DNA of 48,427 nt from Basidiobolus meristosporus CBS 931.73 (Eukaryota; Fungi; Basidiobolomycota). Of the stretch, positions 27,618-40,343 are shown one piece after another. The notes beneath the pieces were generated by a model. It was not told the origin of the DNA. It ran no database searches and was given only the letters and a program-made list of their open reading frames with translations. Every line of letters starts with the position of its first letter. The stretch's first letter is position 1. Location: the NCBI GenBank assembly GCA_002104905.1, contig MCFE01000665.1, positions 1-48,427 of the forward strand, in the 5' to 3' direction. The translations under genes were made by a program, and so were the position numbers.

Positions 27618-28667
27618 GGCTTGGTTGGTCTGAAAGAGAGGACTGAAATGAAAGGGTAGGAAGAACCAACGGAGAGAAAACGAAGTGGAAAAAGTCGACT
27701 GGCTACGGAGATCAAGGAATGTTAAATGATCGTGAAATTCACGCACTATGTAGTTCTCATATTTCCTTATTTTCCACAACGAACCCCTAACTTCGGATAC
27801 CCTTGCAACTTTATTCGCCACTTTTCAAATAGGTTCTCGAGCTGATGATGGAACAGCCCTTAGTTTAGTGGATCCATTGATTTCTACGGAGCCAGGGCGG
27901 ATCACAACCGGAAATCCTGGTTCAATGAATGACGATTTGTCCGGCTCGTGCAGAGCAGAATATTGTTTAGAGTTGAATCCATTGCCTAATATATACAGCC
28001 CAATTCATACAGGATATATGATGCCCTTTGAATTACAGCTAGATGGACTTCCATATATATCGATATATAGAATTTAAATTAACGATCCCATATTTCTTCT
28101 AATGAACATCCTTGCACCTTTTATATTGATACTGCCTTAAAGGGGCCGAGTCACTGTCTTCACACGTTTCTGGCACGTATACCTGGGATACAGGCATTTC
28201 TTCCCTACCTCACCACAACTCTGCTCAGGAAGTGCCGCCAAGAATATGCACCCACACCTCAGATGTGCCGCTTCTACCTGCAGGGTGCCACAAGCAATAA
28301 TAGGGCGAGGCCATTTATTTGAGTGGTGCCTCAACCCACCCAATCATCTATTCGGTGGGAAAACAAATAGGTGGCATGGTTGCGTCCGACAGCAAGTCAC
28401 AAAATCATCCTAGCTGGGCAGATGGCCTTCCCTGATCCTGGAAGGAAAGTTCTTTTCAATGTCCATCATGCATCTTTGATACAATGTCATCAGCTCCTGC
28501 AGACGATTCGGACTGTGATGTGTGCACAGCGGGCTCGAGAAGCCAGGAATAAAGCTCATTTATTGCGATGTAAATTAATGGTGCTTGGTGCTAAATGGAT
28601 GACATGCGCGAGAAATCATGGGTATTAGGTTTTGGGGCGGGATTGGCCCTGTCGGGTGTCTGGGTGC

Positions 28668-30370
28668 TTATTTCTCTTTGTCAAAGACGGTCCAGGGGAT
28701 GTTGAACAGTACGAAGGGTGTGTATTCTCTATCGACTAGGCCTTGATACTCGTCCAATTGGTCATTCTTGTCGTCCTGCCCAAGGGATCCCCCAAGGCTG
28801 GCATATTTCTTTAATAGAAGATCACGGATCTTGCTTTCTCCCTTGGATTTGGGCTAGAGCACAAACGATCAATACGACCTCGCCGTAGGTTCAGTGGGTG
28901 GAATGCATACCTTGATCATAGCTGTGGTATAGTCTAATGGCAAGCCATATCGCAATACCGACTCAACGTAGACGCGTAAGACCTTGATGTGAATCCAAGA
29001 GGAGAATACCTCGCCAAAGCTAGTTTTGCACCATTGTAAAAGTGCTTTCTACAGTAGCCACACCGAGACTGCTTAGTGGCACGAAGAACTGGGGATTTCG
29101 ACAAAACCTTACCCATTGCTCTCTTTCGGATGCCTCGGTCTCCTCGTATTCCTTCTTGTCCTCCTCCAACTGCTCCTCGTTATACTCAAATTCGCGGACA
29201 ATGAATCTACCGCAAGGCCAGTTAGTGTCTGCCCGGCATAGCTGCCCAACGCATCTGGTCCTTACTTCTCTTCTCTGCATTTTAGGCTGAATTCGTTCGC
29301 CACGCGCTGGAAAACGTTGACGCTAAAGAGTCCGTAATCACCGTCTTCGGCGATCTTACTACAAGGTTGGTGGATTAGACATGCAATCGAACCATCTGAC
29401 AAACATTGTCTCACTTACACCGATGATCTAGGTACAACCATCTCGCTTAGGGTTTCGTATTTGGCGTCCCATTCCTTGTACAAGTTCCTTTGGAGAAACA
29501 AGGTTAACTAACCAACCGGGATGTGGGAATGACGGCGTGGGGAAACAAACTTGGGCACCGCGACAAAAAGGGTCTGAAGATATTCGGAGTTGAGGACGCA
29601 ATGTTCACGTTGAACAATATCTGCCAGGCCTCGTACGGCCAGGTTGCCACTAAAAGTGCGTTAGCAATGAGGTCATCGAGGTGAATGTGAGTGTTTCATA
29701 CGTTTGCTTTCTTTCAATGTTGGTTAGGGTACTCTTGACACCGTTGTATTGCGACATTTTAGCCTTCATGGAAGAGTCAATCGAGCTTCCTTCCTGTAGG
29801 ATTGGAAGAAGTGACCATTAATAATGAAAGGCGATTAATTCCAAGCAGACAAGCCACTTTCTTGGTTGATTAGTTCAGCGATTTCTTTTAAAGGTTTGTC
29901 AGCTCGGTATTTCATAGAATTCCACTGGAAAGATTTCAGAAAGTGATCGACAGGCTCTTTCGTATTCAAGTGGCGGTTATGGATAATGTTAGTCAACGTT
30001 GAAGGGTATACCAATAGCTCGGCCCAACTCACTCTCATTCACGGTCAATGCTTCCTCGAGCTGGGCCAAATCACCGCGTAACAAAGCCTTGAGGTTGTCA
30101 ACCATTTTTACCACAGTAGCCTCAAAGGCCTGGTCATACTTAATTAACTCGTCAGACAAAACAACCAAGGTGTCTAAGGTTCCAATCTTCAATACACAGT
30201 AACATTAAACATGAGGCAACGCTTGGGTAGGAATGAACACCGCTTACCTTGAACTCAGGAAGTTCAAGGGCATTGGCTTCAGCCATCTCGCTAACCGAGG
30301 AGCGTAAGCTCTGGAAAGAAGAGTCTTTGTTGCCGTTGGCAGGGACCGAAATGAGCCAGTATTGAGGCAT
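28668..30370 (-). CDS. vma5: V-type ATPase V1 subunit C, multi-exon
   Basis: YWLISVP...LPEFK|IGTLDTLVVLSDELIKYD, FQWNSMKYRADKPLKEI, FIVREFEYNEE, FGEVFSSWIHIKVLRVYVESVLRYGLP and EYTPFVLF; stop at 28668-28670. Confidence 0.96.
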
Positions 30371-33300
30371 TTGAAAGATGATGGCTTTGATGGGAGTACC
30401 ACTTGGGAGAGATTAGCTGAATGCTTTTGAGGAGAAGCCTAGTCCAATAATATTGCGAAAAACCGAAATCCCAGGGAATGGAAATGATTGGCTCGTCGAA
30501 ATGTGAAGACAGGGTTGAGTAGCAACGTTCAAGTGAGCAAATGCGATGCATTCCCAGGAAATAAAGTGGCATCGTATTGATCTACCACGGGTAGACTAAT
30601 ACAGTATCTATTGATCCCTAATTTAGGGAGGCAGAATCCAGGGCCGGCGAGAATTTCTTGATGGGCGTGTGCTATATGCTTATGAGGGTTTCCGATTTGG
30701 CGAAGGGTGGCTTTGTGGTGAAGGATGACCATGTAACCCGTTTAAAACCTTAACTGGCCATGCTTCATATTGAGTCTGGGTGAAGCCAATGAATTGGCAG
30801 ATCAGCAATTCCCAGATTCAATGCCTCCGGTCCACCAAGAACATTTGTGGAGTTTACTCAGGAAAGGCGACACAATCCATCAATCAAGCTCTGATTTGTG
30901 CACTCCCCGTAATGGCAAATCGTCGCCACTTCCTTTCTTCTGGAAGGAGGTGCCTGCCCAATTGCCATACAAGGGCCGGGTTGACAGTGGCTCTAATTGG
31001 GGCCATCCGGGAGAAGCTAGCACCTGGGCCTTCGCAGAATTCTTCTAGACAGTGGTGACTAGCCAACAACTGCTCCCAGCCAGCACTACTGATCGTATCT
31101 CTGGTGATCAGCCGATCCCCACAGAGTCACCTCGCACAAGAGTACATTTTGGGGTGAAGCTTGTCTTTAGCCTTTAAGCTTAAATATGTATAACATCAAA
31201 GGGGATGGATGTGCTCACCATGAAATCCTTACGAGAAGACACGGGATTGGGCAGTTCCAATAGGAAACTTCCATTATAAGTGAGTCGGTAATTTGGGTAG
31301 CACGATAGAATTCACTGCATCCACCCTGTGAGGCCCTAGGGTCGGACGATACAATGAATCCACCAGCATATGCAGAGAATGTTTCTTTTAAGAGCTCTCC
31401 GCCTGTCGATTCTCCTATAACAATTACAATTTCATTAAGTGGCACCTATCCAATTCAAGGGCTTAATTTCCTATTGAATCACTGGCTTCTTGGGAATACT
31501 GATCAGGCATATTTGCCCATCCAGCGGATAACCACATGTAGGGAGATGGTATCTGAAAGCGACCATTCCAGCGGGTCCACATAAACGCAGAAGCCTACAT
31601 TTAGGCATCTAGACATCGAGTGAGAGGGTCCTCCATTGTCTCTGGTTGATTTAACCTAGCTGTGTCGATTAACTTGGGCTGTTGTAGCTCCGGGTAGTCA
31701 CCATGCATGTCCAAGATACATGCCATTTCCTTAGCTTTCAGCCGCAACCACTATATTCCACGACACACGGGAATCACGTGATAGACCGTGTTTGTCGTCA
31801 CTGTATTCGCTGAGTTGATCAAGGTGGCACAATAGGGGATTAGCCTGATAGATCTAGGCAACAATTACGCAAATTTGTGATTTCGTTGGCGGAATAAATT
31901 CCTGGAACAATAGGAGTGTTTGTGTTGGCTATGGCAATCCTGTTGCGCTAACATTGCCCAGAAGCTCGAAGCGACCTATAGGCAAAAGCAATCCTGCCTT
32001 GGTGAAATAGGCCTCGGCTTTGGCGGCTGGGCAGTTCTTTCAAGAGGATGTGCTCGTTAACTTCAGCAACAGCGTTGCAGGTTCCACACTAATGCTTTCG
32101 ACTCAACATGCAAGTATCAGTCGTTCGTAAGTATTCTTCCAAGTGCCTTTGCCACATCTTGTTCTCTGGAACTCGTCGAAGTGCCACGGGGTTGTGACCA
32201 ACGAACAGGTGCTAAAAATGGATTAGTCAAATACTGGATCAGGATACGAAGAAAGCATGCTGCTGCTTTCCACTGGAGAAGATAATTATATCGATCATCA
32301 TGCTATCACTCCACCCTAAACCTTGCCACATTGTTGCGGCCAATGTACTGCCAAAGCCTGCTCCCAGGGAGAATCTCGGCTATCAGTCGCTATACTACTG
32401 CATACGAATTGTTACACCTCTAAGACCGGGATGTTTTAGTGTGAAAAAATCGACGCTCTTCCTTATCTCCTTACCAATAGATTCGTACCATGATCAGACA
32501 GCGCTATAATAGCAATCACCTGCGGATGAAAGCCAATACCACAAGATCGTTTGATACTGCAGCCCAAACACCGCTCGTTAAGAGGAGCAATGATTGGCAC
32601 TTCTCTGCTAATGGATTGTCACCAACAGACAGGCTATACATGATCAGAGGTAGACCAGAACCAGACATCACCACAGCACATAAGGGCTTGGATCCGATTT
32701 GAGCTGCCACCAACACAAATGGGCGAAAAATAGTGGGGTTCTACCTAGAGCATCTGATGGAGTTAGTCAGGTATCACGCGAATGCCCAGATGCGATCTAA
32801 TGTGTATAGTGTCTTGGCAACAGGGGTGGGAAAGCTTCCGAAGTGGCCCATTGGCGTGGCGGTCACCGAACGAATCCCAGTGTGGGCTTATGGGGAGTGC
32901 AAACAAAATTGGTCGGAGGCAGAGCACTTGATTGTAGGGTCGGGCTTTATTCAGCAAGATGCACGATGGGTGGTTGCTGAATCATGAAACCGCCTATTGT
33001 ACACCGAAAGTGCCTTCTCGATACCAGAAGGACACAAATCATCCGCACTTAACATTGAGACATATGACTAGGTAGTAAACGTCATACAAATGGGATGCTA
33101 CCAGCACCTAACCTTTTGTTCTGGTCTCAGACGCATTCAAGACCTTCTGGGTGAGATTTGCAGAAACACAAGCAGATCATCTCCACCTGTTCTGAGTCAA
33201 GCCTGACAAGTAGCCAATGCCAAATCTGGTGCTTCAACGGAGGTGCCATCCTACAACCGCAACGCGCCTGGTTTCCATTCCGTCCACCTGAACCTCTCAA

Positions 33301-33585
33301 TCGACAATTAGCATCAAAGTATCGGATTCATTTTAGAGACAGAAGTCTTAAATGGCATTAGTGTGATCATGCTACCTACAGCATGAGTCCTAATCCCGAG
33401 ATGCTGCATGAATTGTAGGTATTCGAAGTATTTGCGAGCCGCATGGTGTTCTTGGACAGTATAAAACCATACCTGCCTTAGAGGGGAGGGTCATTGACCT
33501 GACTTGTGCTCAAGTTTTCCTTTTGAACATCCAGCCTAAGGCCATTACTAACTCTTCTGCTACTTCGTGAACGTTCATATCTGGA

Positions 33586-34170
33586 ATGCTATCGCAACAA
33601 AGAGACCTCAACTACATCGTGAACCCTCGCTACTCATTCCAGAACTCGGGTCGAAGCTACACCGAGATCGGAAGTGGCTTGCAGCGGTACTCACTCTCGC
33701 GAAAGAGCGCATTTTCTCGAACTATCCTCGTCAAGGACAACGCCGACCGCATCGCATATCTCCTTGCGAGGGAGTTGGGAATTCATGTGAACTACTCTTT
33801 CAAGGAAGGGCTCACCGAAAAGGTACTGTTCCAAGGGTCCCGGAAAGCGATCAAAAGCAGTATCACCTTCAAGAGCTCTCTACAGAACTTCGAGTTCGAG
33901 CTGAGCAAGGCGAAGATGTTCTCCTTCAAGTACCAGTTCAACTGGAACTCAGAAACATACCAGTGGAAGCGTATGGGCTTCGGCACATTCAGCATGGAGT
34001 GTATCTGCCTACGGACAGGTGTCAAATTTGCGGAGTATAAGTCGAAAGCCATGGCCTGGAAAAACCTCGGCACGCTGGAGATCTACCATTATGCCCTCCG
34101 CGATCCAGTACTACAATCACTGCTATTAACTACTTGTATGTTCCTCATAGATATATCACATGATTCATGA
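33586..34170 (+). CDS. Intronless hypothetical protein (194 aa), possibly DUF6593/Tubby-C/LURP-scramblase-like
   Basis: Natural-looking open frame with a beta-rich pattern and FKYQFNWNSETYQWKR...FAEY..LGTLEI...LLLTTC resembling fungal DUF6593-type proteins. The family call is from memory only. Confidence 0.6.
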   Translation: MLSQQRDLNYIVNPRYSFQNSGRSYTEIGSGLQRYSLSRKSAFSRTILVKDNADRIAYLLARELGIHVNYSFKEGLTEKVLFQGSRKAIKSSITFKSSLQNFEFELSKAKMFSFKYQFNWNSETYQWKRMGFGTFSMECICLRTGVKFAEYKSKAMAWKNLGTLEIYHYALRDPVLQSLLLTTCMFLIDISHDS

Positions 34171-34817
34171 AATCTCCATCTCCTTCTACTAGTGAAGCCT
34201 GGTATTCACGTAGTATATGTAATTTCTGCCAAGGAGGCTTTATTTGTTTCGTGTTTGCATCGGTTCTTCCATCATGGCTTGGCATAACTGTGGGTGTAAT
34301 GTATCCGAAATACTACCCGAGTCTCATTAAATATTCCATTTTCTCCCCGACCTAACGGCCATTCAGATCCAGTTGACGTATCGGCGATCCATTTGCATGT
34401 TTCAATAAGTTTGCAACAGATTCGTAGCGCTTTAGCAGTATCGGTGACGGGGGGGTTTTCCCATAGTTAGACTCCAAAGAGTATGGTCACCAACGGGGCA
34501 GGACAGACGTGAGTCTCTGCTTTGAACAAGGCGGCGCTTCCAGAGAAGTGTAGCCATGGGTGTCGAATCCCCTCGGAGGCCATCGCCAATTCAAGAGTCA
34601 TGAACTCCAAAGGACCACGGGTGCTTCCGATGTTGACTCTTATTCCTGCCTATCTTGATACGTGGAAAGGCTCCGTTGTTTACGCATTAGCAGGCATGCA
34701 TGCACGACATTCCGCATACATATATATATTGGCCAGCATGCCGATGAATTGAAGATCATAGTAGCACAATCTATATCCACCCAATACAGTACAGTTATCC
34801 ACATCATAGGCAACTCC

Positions 34818-35888
34818 ATGAAAAGAGCGATTCTCAAGCTGCTATTGCTAGCTGGTAGCGGTGTACATCTCACGGCTTGTCAAGAGTATTGTACTGGTGT
34901 GTATAAGAAGAATGAGAGAGAATGCTCTCGCTACAGACCGATGTCCAAAAATTGCGAGGAGCATGAGAATCTACCAGTTACTGGGGGGTTTGGCAGAATG
35001 AACCGAACTATGAATACGATAATCCTTACAATTACTAACGTATTTGAATACGGAACCACCACTTACGACTACGAGGCATGTGTTGATCTGAACGATGGAA
35101 GAGGATATACGTGTGGATTTGTAGGGTTCACTACAGGGACTGGCGATGCCTTCACCGTAGTTGACAGATATCTGAAAGTTAATCCCTATAGCGAGCTGAA
35201 AGCCTACTACGATCCCTTGAAGGAGCTGGCCGATCCGAGGGAATGCGGGGGCCCAGAAGTAGATCCCAACCGGCTCAACGGGTTTCCTAATGCATGGAGT
35301 CACGCAGCGTGCACGGATTCAAAGTTCCGAAGAGTGCAAGAGTTAGTCGTAAACGATGTTTACTTCGAGCCGGCCATGAAGCTGGCGGAGTCGTATAAAA
35401 TCTATTCACCGCTTGGCAAGGCAATAGTTTATGATACTGCAGTTCAGCATGGCTACGAAAAAGAAGATGGCATCAGTCTACGAAGTATCGTCAAGCTAGT
35501 CAAAGCAGAATCGTCAAAGCCTATGAATGAGAAGGCATTCTTGAGGAGACTGCTTCACTTCCGAAGAAAGATATTGTGCTGTAGTATGGACAACATCTGG
35601 CCCGACTCGGCAAACCGCGTCAGTGATTTGCAATTTCTGCTTGATTCTGGAAACCTCCAACTGAACACCCCAGTGGTCCTGCCCAGTTACGATGACCTGA
35701 AGATCTACGGTAACGAACAAACTGACAAGCCTTGTCGTGCAGCCAGCCCGTTGAAGCCACTAATGGCCACAACCAAGGAAAAGAAGCCACTAGACACGAT
35801 CCGAGGTGAAAGGTCGCTAACAGATGCGCTCCAAGACAACACTGATCCTGGAGGCTTGGGTAGTGCCATTCTGGGTTTATTTGGCTAG
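34818..35888 (+). CDS. Secreted GH46 chitosanase (356 aa), intronless
   Basis: Hydrophobic leader MKRAILKLLLLAGSGVHLTAC. TNVFE...VDLNDGRGYTCGFVGFTTGTGD matches the GH46 signature (Streptomyces N174 SSAEN...IGDGRGYTGGIIGFCSGTGD) with both catalytic acids present, followed by F..VQ...YFEPA and LGKAIVYDTAVQHG. Confidence 0.9.
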   Translation: MKRAILKLLLLAGSGVHLTACQEYCTGVYKKNERECSRYRPMSKNCEEHENLPVTGGFGRMNRTMNTIILTITNVFEYGTTTYDYEACVDLNDGRGYTCGFVGFTTGTGDAFTVVDRYLKVNPYSELKAYYDPLKELADPRECGGPEVDPNRLNGFPNAWSHAACTDSKFRRVQELVVNDVYFEPAMKLAESYKIYSPLGKAIVYDTAVQHGYEKEDGISLRSIVKLVKAESSKPMNEKAFLRRLLHFRRKILCCSMDNIWPDSANRVSDLQFLLDSGNLQLNTPVVLPSYDDLKIYGNEQTDKPCRAASPLKPLMATTKEKKPLDTIRGERSLTDALQDNTDPGGLGSAILGLFG

Positions 35889-36173
35889 GTTACTCGGTCT
35901 CTGGATAGATATCCTGAATAGAACATTTGTAGATACCTTCCACACTATTGACATTATGTTTGCCTTTTATTGATACTTGGCCTGGTTTCCTTTACCATCA
36001 CCTATTTAGATTTGCTGTATTATACTGTAGTTGCCTTGCAATATGGAGACTCACAATAAAGCGGGCTGTAAATGTGCCGTAGCTGTAATATAAGGTGAAA
36101 AACCTTCACTTGGCATCGGGTCGCCAGGATAATCCTGTGAGGGGGCGTGCACCTTGCGGGTATGTTGGATTCA

Positions 36174-39100
36174 TTAACGTGCGGCCTTCGGTACTAATAA
36201 ACCAGCAGCATCCGCCATTCTTTCAATATCAATTGACGTGGTTGGTGTTCGGTCGGTGTTGGGACTGACATCACACATAAGAAACTCGATCTCTCCAACA
36301 ATTTGTTTCACTAGGTCCCCCAGTTCCTCCTGCTCCTCGACTATTTCAATCAGACTACCGGCATACGAATACCAATAGGTAAAGACAAAACCATCGTCTG
36401 CATCGTTGTCGGAATGAAGAGATTTGTTCCCGAGGTTTTGGAATATGCTCACCTTCCTGATTTTACTGAGTAGACGCAGCCGCGCCACTCTAGCCGAAGG
36501 AAGGTACGGGGGTAGCGGCGATTTGGATTTGAATGCCCCGGAAATACAATAGAAATGTAGGAGAACGGCAGCAACCTTCAGGAGGAACGTTCAATAATAC
36601 TACAATTTGATTATTCACCTATCTACCTACCACATCCTTTCGTCGTTTAACCAGCCTGTTGGCCAACATCACTCTTAGCCTGTCCTCGATTTGAAGGATA
36701 GAGGTACGCATTGTTGATGACCAATCCAGTAAATTCTGCACTTTCGTAATAATATCCACGTAAGTTTGTTCTTGAAAATCATCCCGAAGCCTTGGCTCCT
36801 GAGCTGATGGGGCGAGTAAAGCAGTCGCCTTGGTAATGGAAGATTGCAACTTGGAGGTCAATCTCTTGATATCGTACTTCGCCTCCAGCATAGCAGACGA
36901 GTCCTTCTCCATCATGTAGACCGAGATGATTCTAGAGAAGAGAACTCCTAGGCTGTAAAAGGTCCTGCCCAAGTGTTTGCGTAGCTCCACTCTAGCAACA
37001 TACGGCCAGAGTAGCATCTCAACCAATAGCGATATCACGATGGCCGCGATAAGGTTGGCAGTTCTTAGTACTGCTAATAACAACGCCGAGCTAGTGATCT
37101 CTTCCTTCTGAATCACCGCAGCATTGTACATGCTGAATATAATAACCATATACGTAATCAAGGAGACCGAGTGTATCTTCGTCTGCGGTTTGGTGATGAA
37201 GAAGAACCAGCACGGAATGGCTGCCAGGAAATGTTGGTGAGTCATTTCAACAGTGCTGACGGAGAATGGGTTAGCACTACTTACCAATGATGTAGGTAAA
37301 TACCAAGATGATGTAAGGGTTTCCCTTGCTTGCAAGCCAACCAAGATATCCCCAGAGCCCTCCTAAGATGGTTCCGATTATACGATATATACCAATGCTA
37401 ATGGTTGCCCCAACAGTTTGGTTCATCACAACGCACACCTGAAAGCAAGGCAGCATGGCATTAGAGGGAGGAAAAGTGCAGCCTCAGTCAAGAAACACAA
37501 TACCGTAACCAAGCCCCAATTCCCGTGGACTTGTATGAACCAGTCGTATGTCCCCGAAACAAACGCAGGAATGGCGGTTAAGCACAGGGCAAGCGTGAAT
37601 TTCACGCTGAACTTGAACTCGGGCTTCTGGAACCACATTAAAAATAGCCACAAACGGTAGCGGAAGTGCTGATGGATCCTTCCGTTCTCCGGGGGATTAG
37701 GATCCTCCTGATCAGTCAAATCCAGGTCTATTCAATAGGACTCCGTGTTAGCTAACCTGCTCAACAATCAGTGTTTGAGTAGACGAACCTTTCTCCGGAA
37801 CTTGTATGAGGTCATCGTATCTCGGGGCGCTCAACAGGGTATAGATCCCCACTGCTGGCCACCAGATACGTCTTGCTTTTACCCGAAGTTTACAGAGCTC
37901 CTTCTGGAACTTTGCCAGCTTTAGCAATTTCCGCGCAACTTCTCGGGTGCAAAATAGAAAGGTAAACACCATGAAAAGCTCGTCGCGTGGTTTGGTATCT
38001 AGGCCCATCTCTCTCAGAACCTGACTGCACAATGCCTCGGTAGTCTCAAACTCCGCGATAGCTTGCTCAAGTTCTTCAATGATTTTACTCGATTCGTAGT
38101 TGTCGACGAGGGGTATATTTACATTGGCTTGGTTGGCCTGTTCACTCAGGCTAGATGCGCTACTTGGTGGCTGAGGCCTAGGTTTCTTGATTTTTAGTTG
38201 GGATTGGATATGTTTGACGGCTCGACTGCATACTTCGGTAATTCTGGTCACTGGATCCCGTACCGTGTTTAGTAGAGCCATGTAAATTTGGCTATCGGAT
38301 ATGCTGAAGTCTCGATTGCGCTTTATCTGAACAATCAAGGTCTCATTTCGGTGGAGAGGGCCCGGTGGTGCCACGTCCGGGTCTCGGGGAAGAACCGAGT
38401 ACTCTTTACAGACTAAAAGCAACATACTGCCAAGGATCTGCCCTACAGTTGTTATGGTGGAACCGATCCATTTGTAGTCCCAGGGGGCGAATCGATCCAC
38501 GGATAATTCGTACATCGCCTCTCTTCCGACAGAATTCAGTGTGCCCAGTGAATTACGCAGAAGTAACCTGGTGGTCTCCAAATCCTCTGGTGGTCGGGCG
38601 TCATTTCCCACAAACAAATAGGTCTTTACGACCTCCTGCAAAAGCTCATTGGTAAGCTTCAGTGCGTTTTGGGTCTCGTCGCTAAAAGTCACTGCCTGTT
38701 AGAAGAAGCAAATCGAGTATGCAAGGAATTTGCACTTACGCCAGTTTCTCCGTCGCACTTTGCGGGAAGATTACCACGCTACAGGTGAATGTTATGGCGA
38801 TTGCCAGTAAGAGCGGCTTGTTGATACTCCAAACAAGGGAGAAGCTTAATGTCGTTACCCTCATGTTCAAGAATAAAGCGAAAAATAGGGTTATCTGGGC
38901 TGCTACGCATGGTGTGTACAGTCTGGTGTACTTGGTCCTCAGGTATCCCAAGAGGAGTGAGGAAAAAATAATAAATGCTGCGGTAATTAGCGGAGCCCCG
39001 TAGGCTTGTGGGTTTTCCCGGGAATTGTATGCCGCTAAGCAGGCCAAACCAGCATAGTTGTATGCTCCCGAAATCATGATGAATATCACACCTAACACGG

Positions 39101-39869
39101 AAGCTTCCAGCTGGGCGCCCAGAGTTTTATTTGGAGGAAAAAAGATTAAACCAGAGCAGGTAAGAATATCGACTGGCCCAATCCATTCGGCGGTACTAGG
39201 GATAATTAGTAAGATGCTAACGATCAGGAAAGCTGACACGCACTGCGCGAACGAGCGAAAAGCTTTGGGGGTCATTGGATCTCGAATGTTTTTCTTAATA
39301 AACGAAGATAATTTTCTGACAAAAGCATCCCTTGGGTTTGCTTCCGACGGTTGCAAGTTACTGGCCTGTGAGTCCAGAAATACTGGAGGTTTTCCCTCTT
39401 CTAAATTCTGCTCAGCATTTGAATTCAAGGCCCTAGCGGCTTCTTTGTTGTCGATTTCGTCTGACGTTTCCGGTTTTGGCTTTTGTTCATCTATAAAAAG
39501 TCGCTTGGAAGGTCAGTTGGGTTATCCTGAGAGCATATCTGAAAATACCGCTCCACCTGACGCTCGCAAGGGATCAGTCCAGTCTGTTACTGTAACCATT
39601 GGATTCGTTGAATGTGTCATGTGATTTTTCTCGGGTTTGAGATACGGGGTTGCGAGGGTAGCTTTTCCGCTACAGGTTGTCGGAGTTGGGCTTTTGGAAG
39701 AGGAAGAACTTCCGTTCCCCTGGAAATGTTGTGAAGCATAGTAATCTATTGATGTATGTATATCATCTGCGTAACTGAGATTAAAAAACCCCGGTCTGTC
39801 CTCTTCCACAGAGTAATCACTCAGCATACGTGAGAGCGGTACTTGATGTGGATCATGCTCATGTCCCAT
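36174..39869 (-). CDS. Multi-pass membrane protein of the FUSC/aromatic-acid-exporter (ArAE_2; Bre4/YGL140C-like) family, multi-exon
   Basis: Two hydrophobic repeats (FFPPNKTLGAQLEASVLGVIFI...; EFKFSVKFTLALCLTAIPAF..W..GNWGLVTV...WPYVARVELRKHLG) separated by a soluble region. The ORF pieces are joined by GT-AG introns. Start and exon edges are approximate. Confidence 0.78.
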
Positions 39870-40343
39870 GTCTGAGAAATGGAGTTGCTATCACGGTCTT
39901 AGGAAAGGCGATAAAGTTTGAACATATATTCCTTTGTGAGATATAGCCGCTTTGCTCAGTGAATACAGCAACACTCCAGACTGGAAACTTGACAGTCAGC
40001 TGTAAATGTAATACCTGACTAATCACACGATAGAGTTGTATTGTATACCATAATTAGGTCATGTCTATTCCCAGAAGGGATAGAGGATATATATATATGG
40101 CACAGGGCCATGTCGTTGACATAATCAGACAAGATGAAATAATAAACAATGGCCATATGTGGGAAGGGGTGAGGTCATTCCGGTAAGCCAATTGATGGCC
40201 AACGAGTAATCAACTACGAATCACATTCAAGCTAACTTTGGTATGGGGAGGGATGGCGAATGGATGGCGCAGGGTGGCCACATGGTGGAAGGCCAATCTA
40301 CCGATCATCTGTGCTACGAGTGCGGGGTGGAAACAACGGCTGT

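Noticed and set aside
28054-28069. Perfect 16-bp palindrome TATATATCGATATATA upstream of the Voa1-like gene
   Set aside because: Low-complexity (TA)n makes chance occurrence likely, and there is no second copy.
34662-34817. 52-codon upstream extension of the GH46 ORF in the ORF track
   Set aside because: It starts at a non-ATG codon and would bury the signal peptide. The ATG at 34818 fits better.
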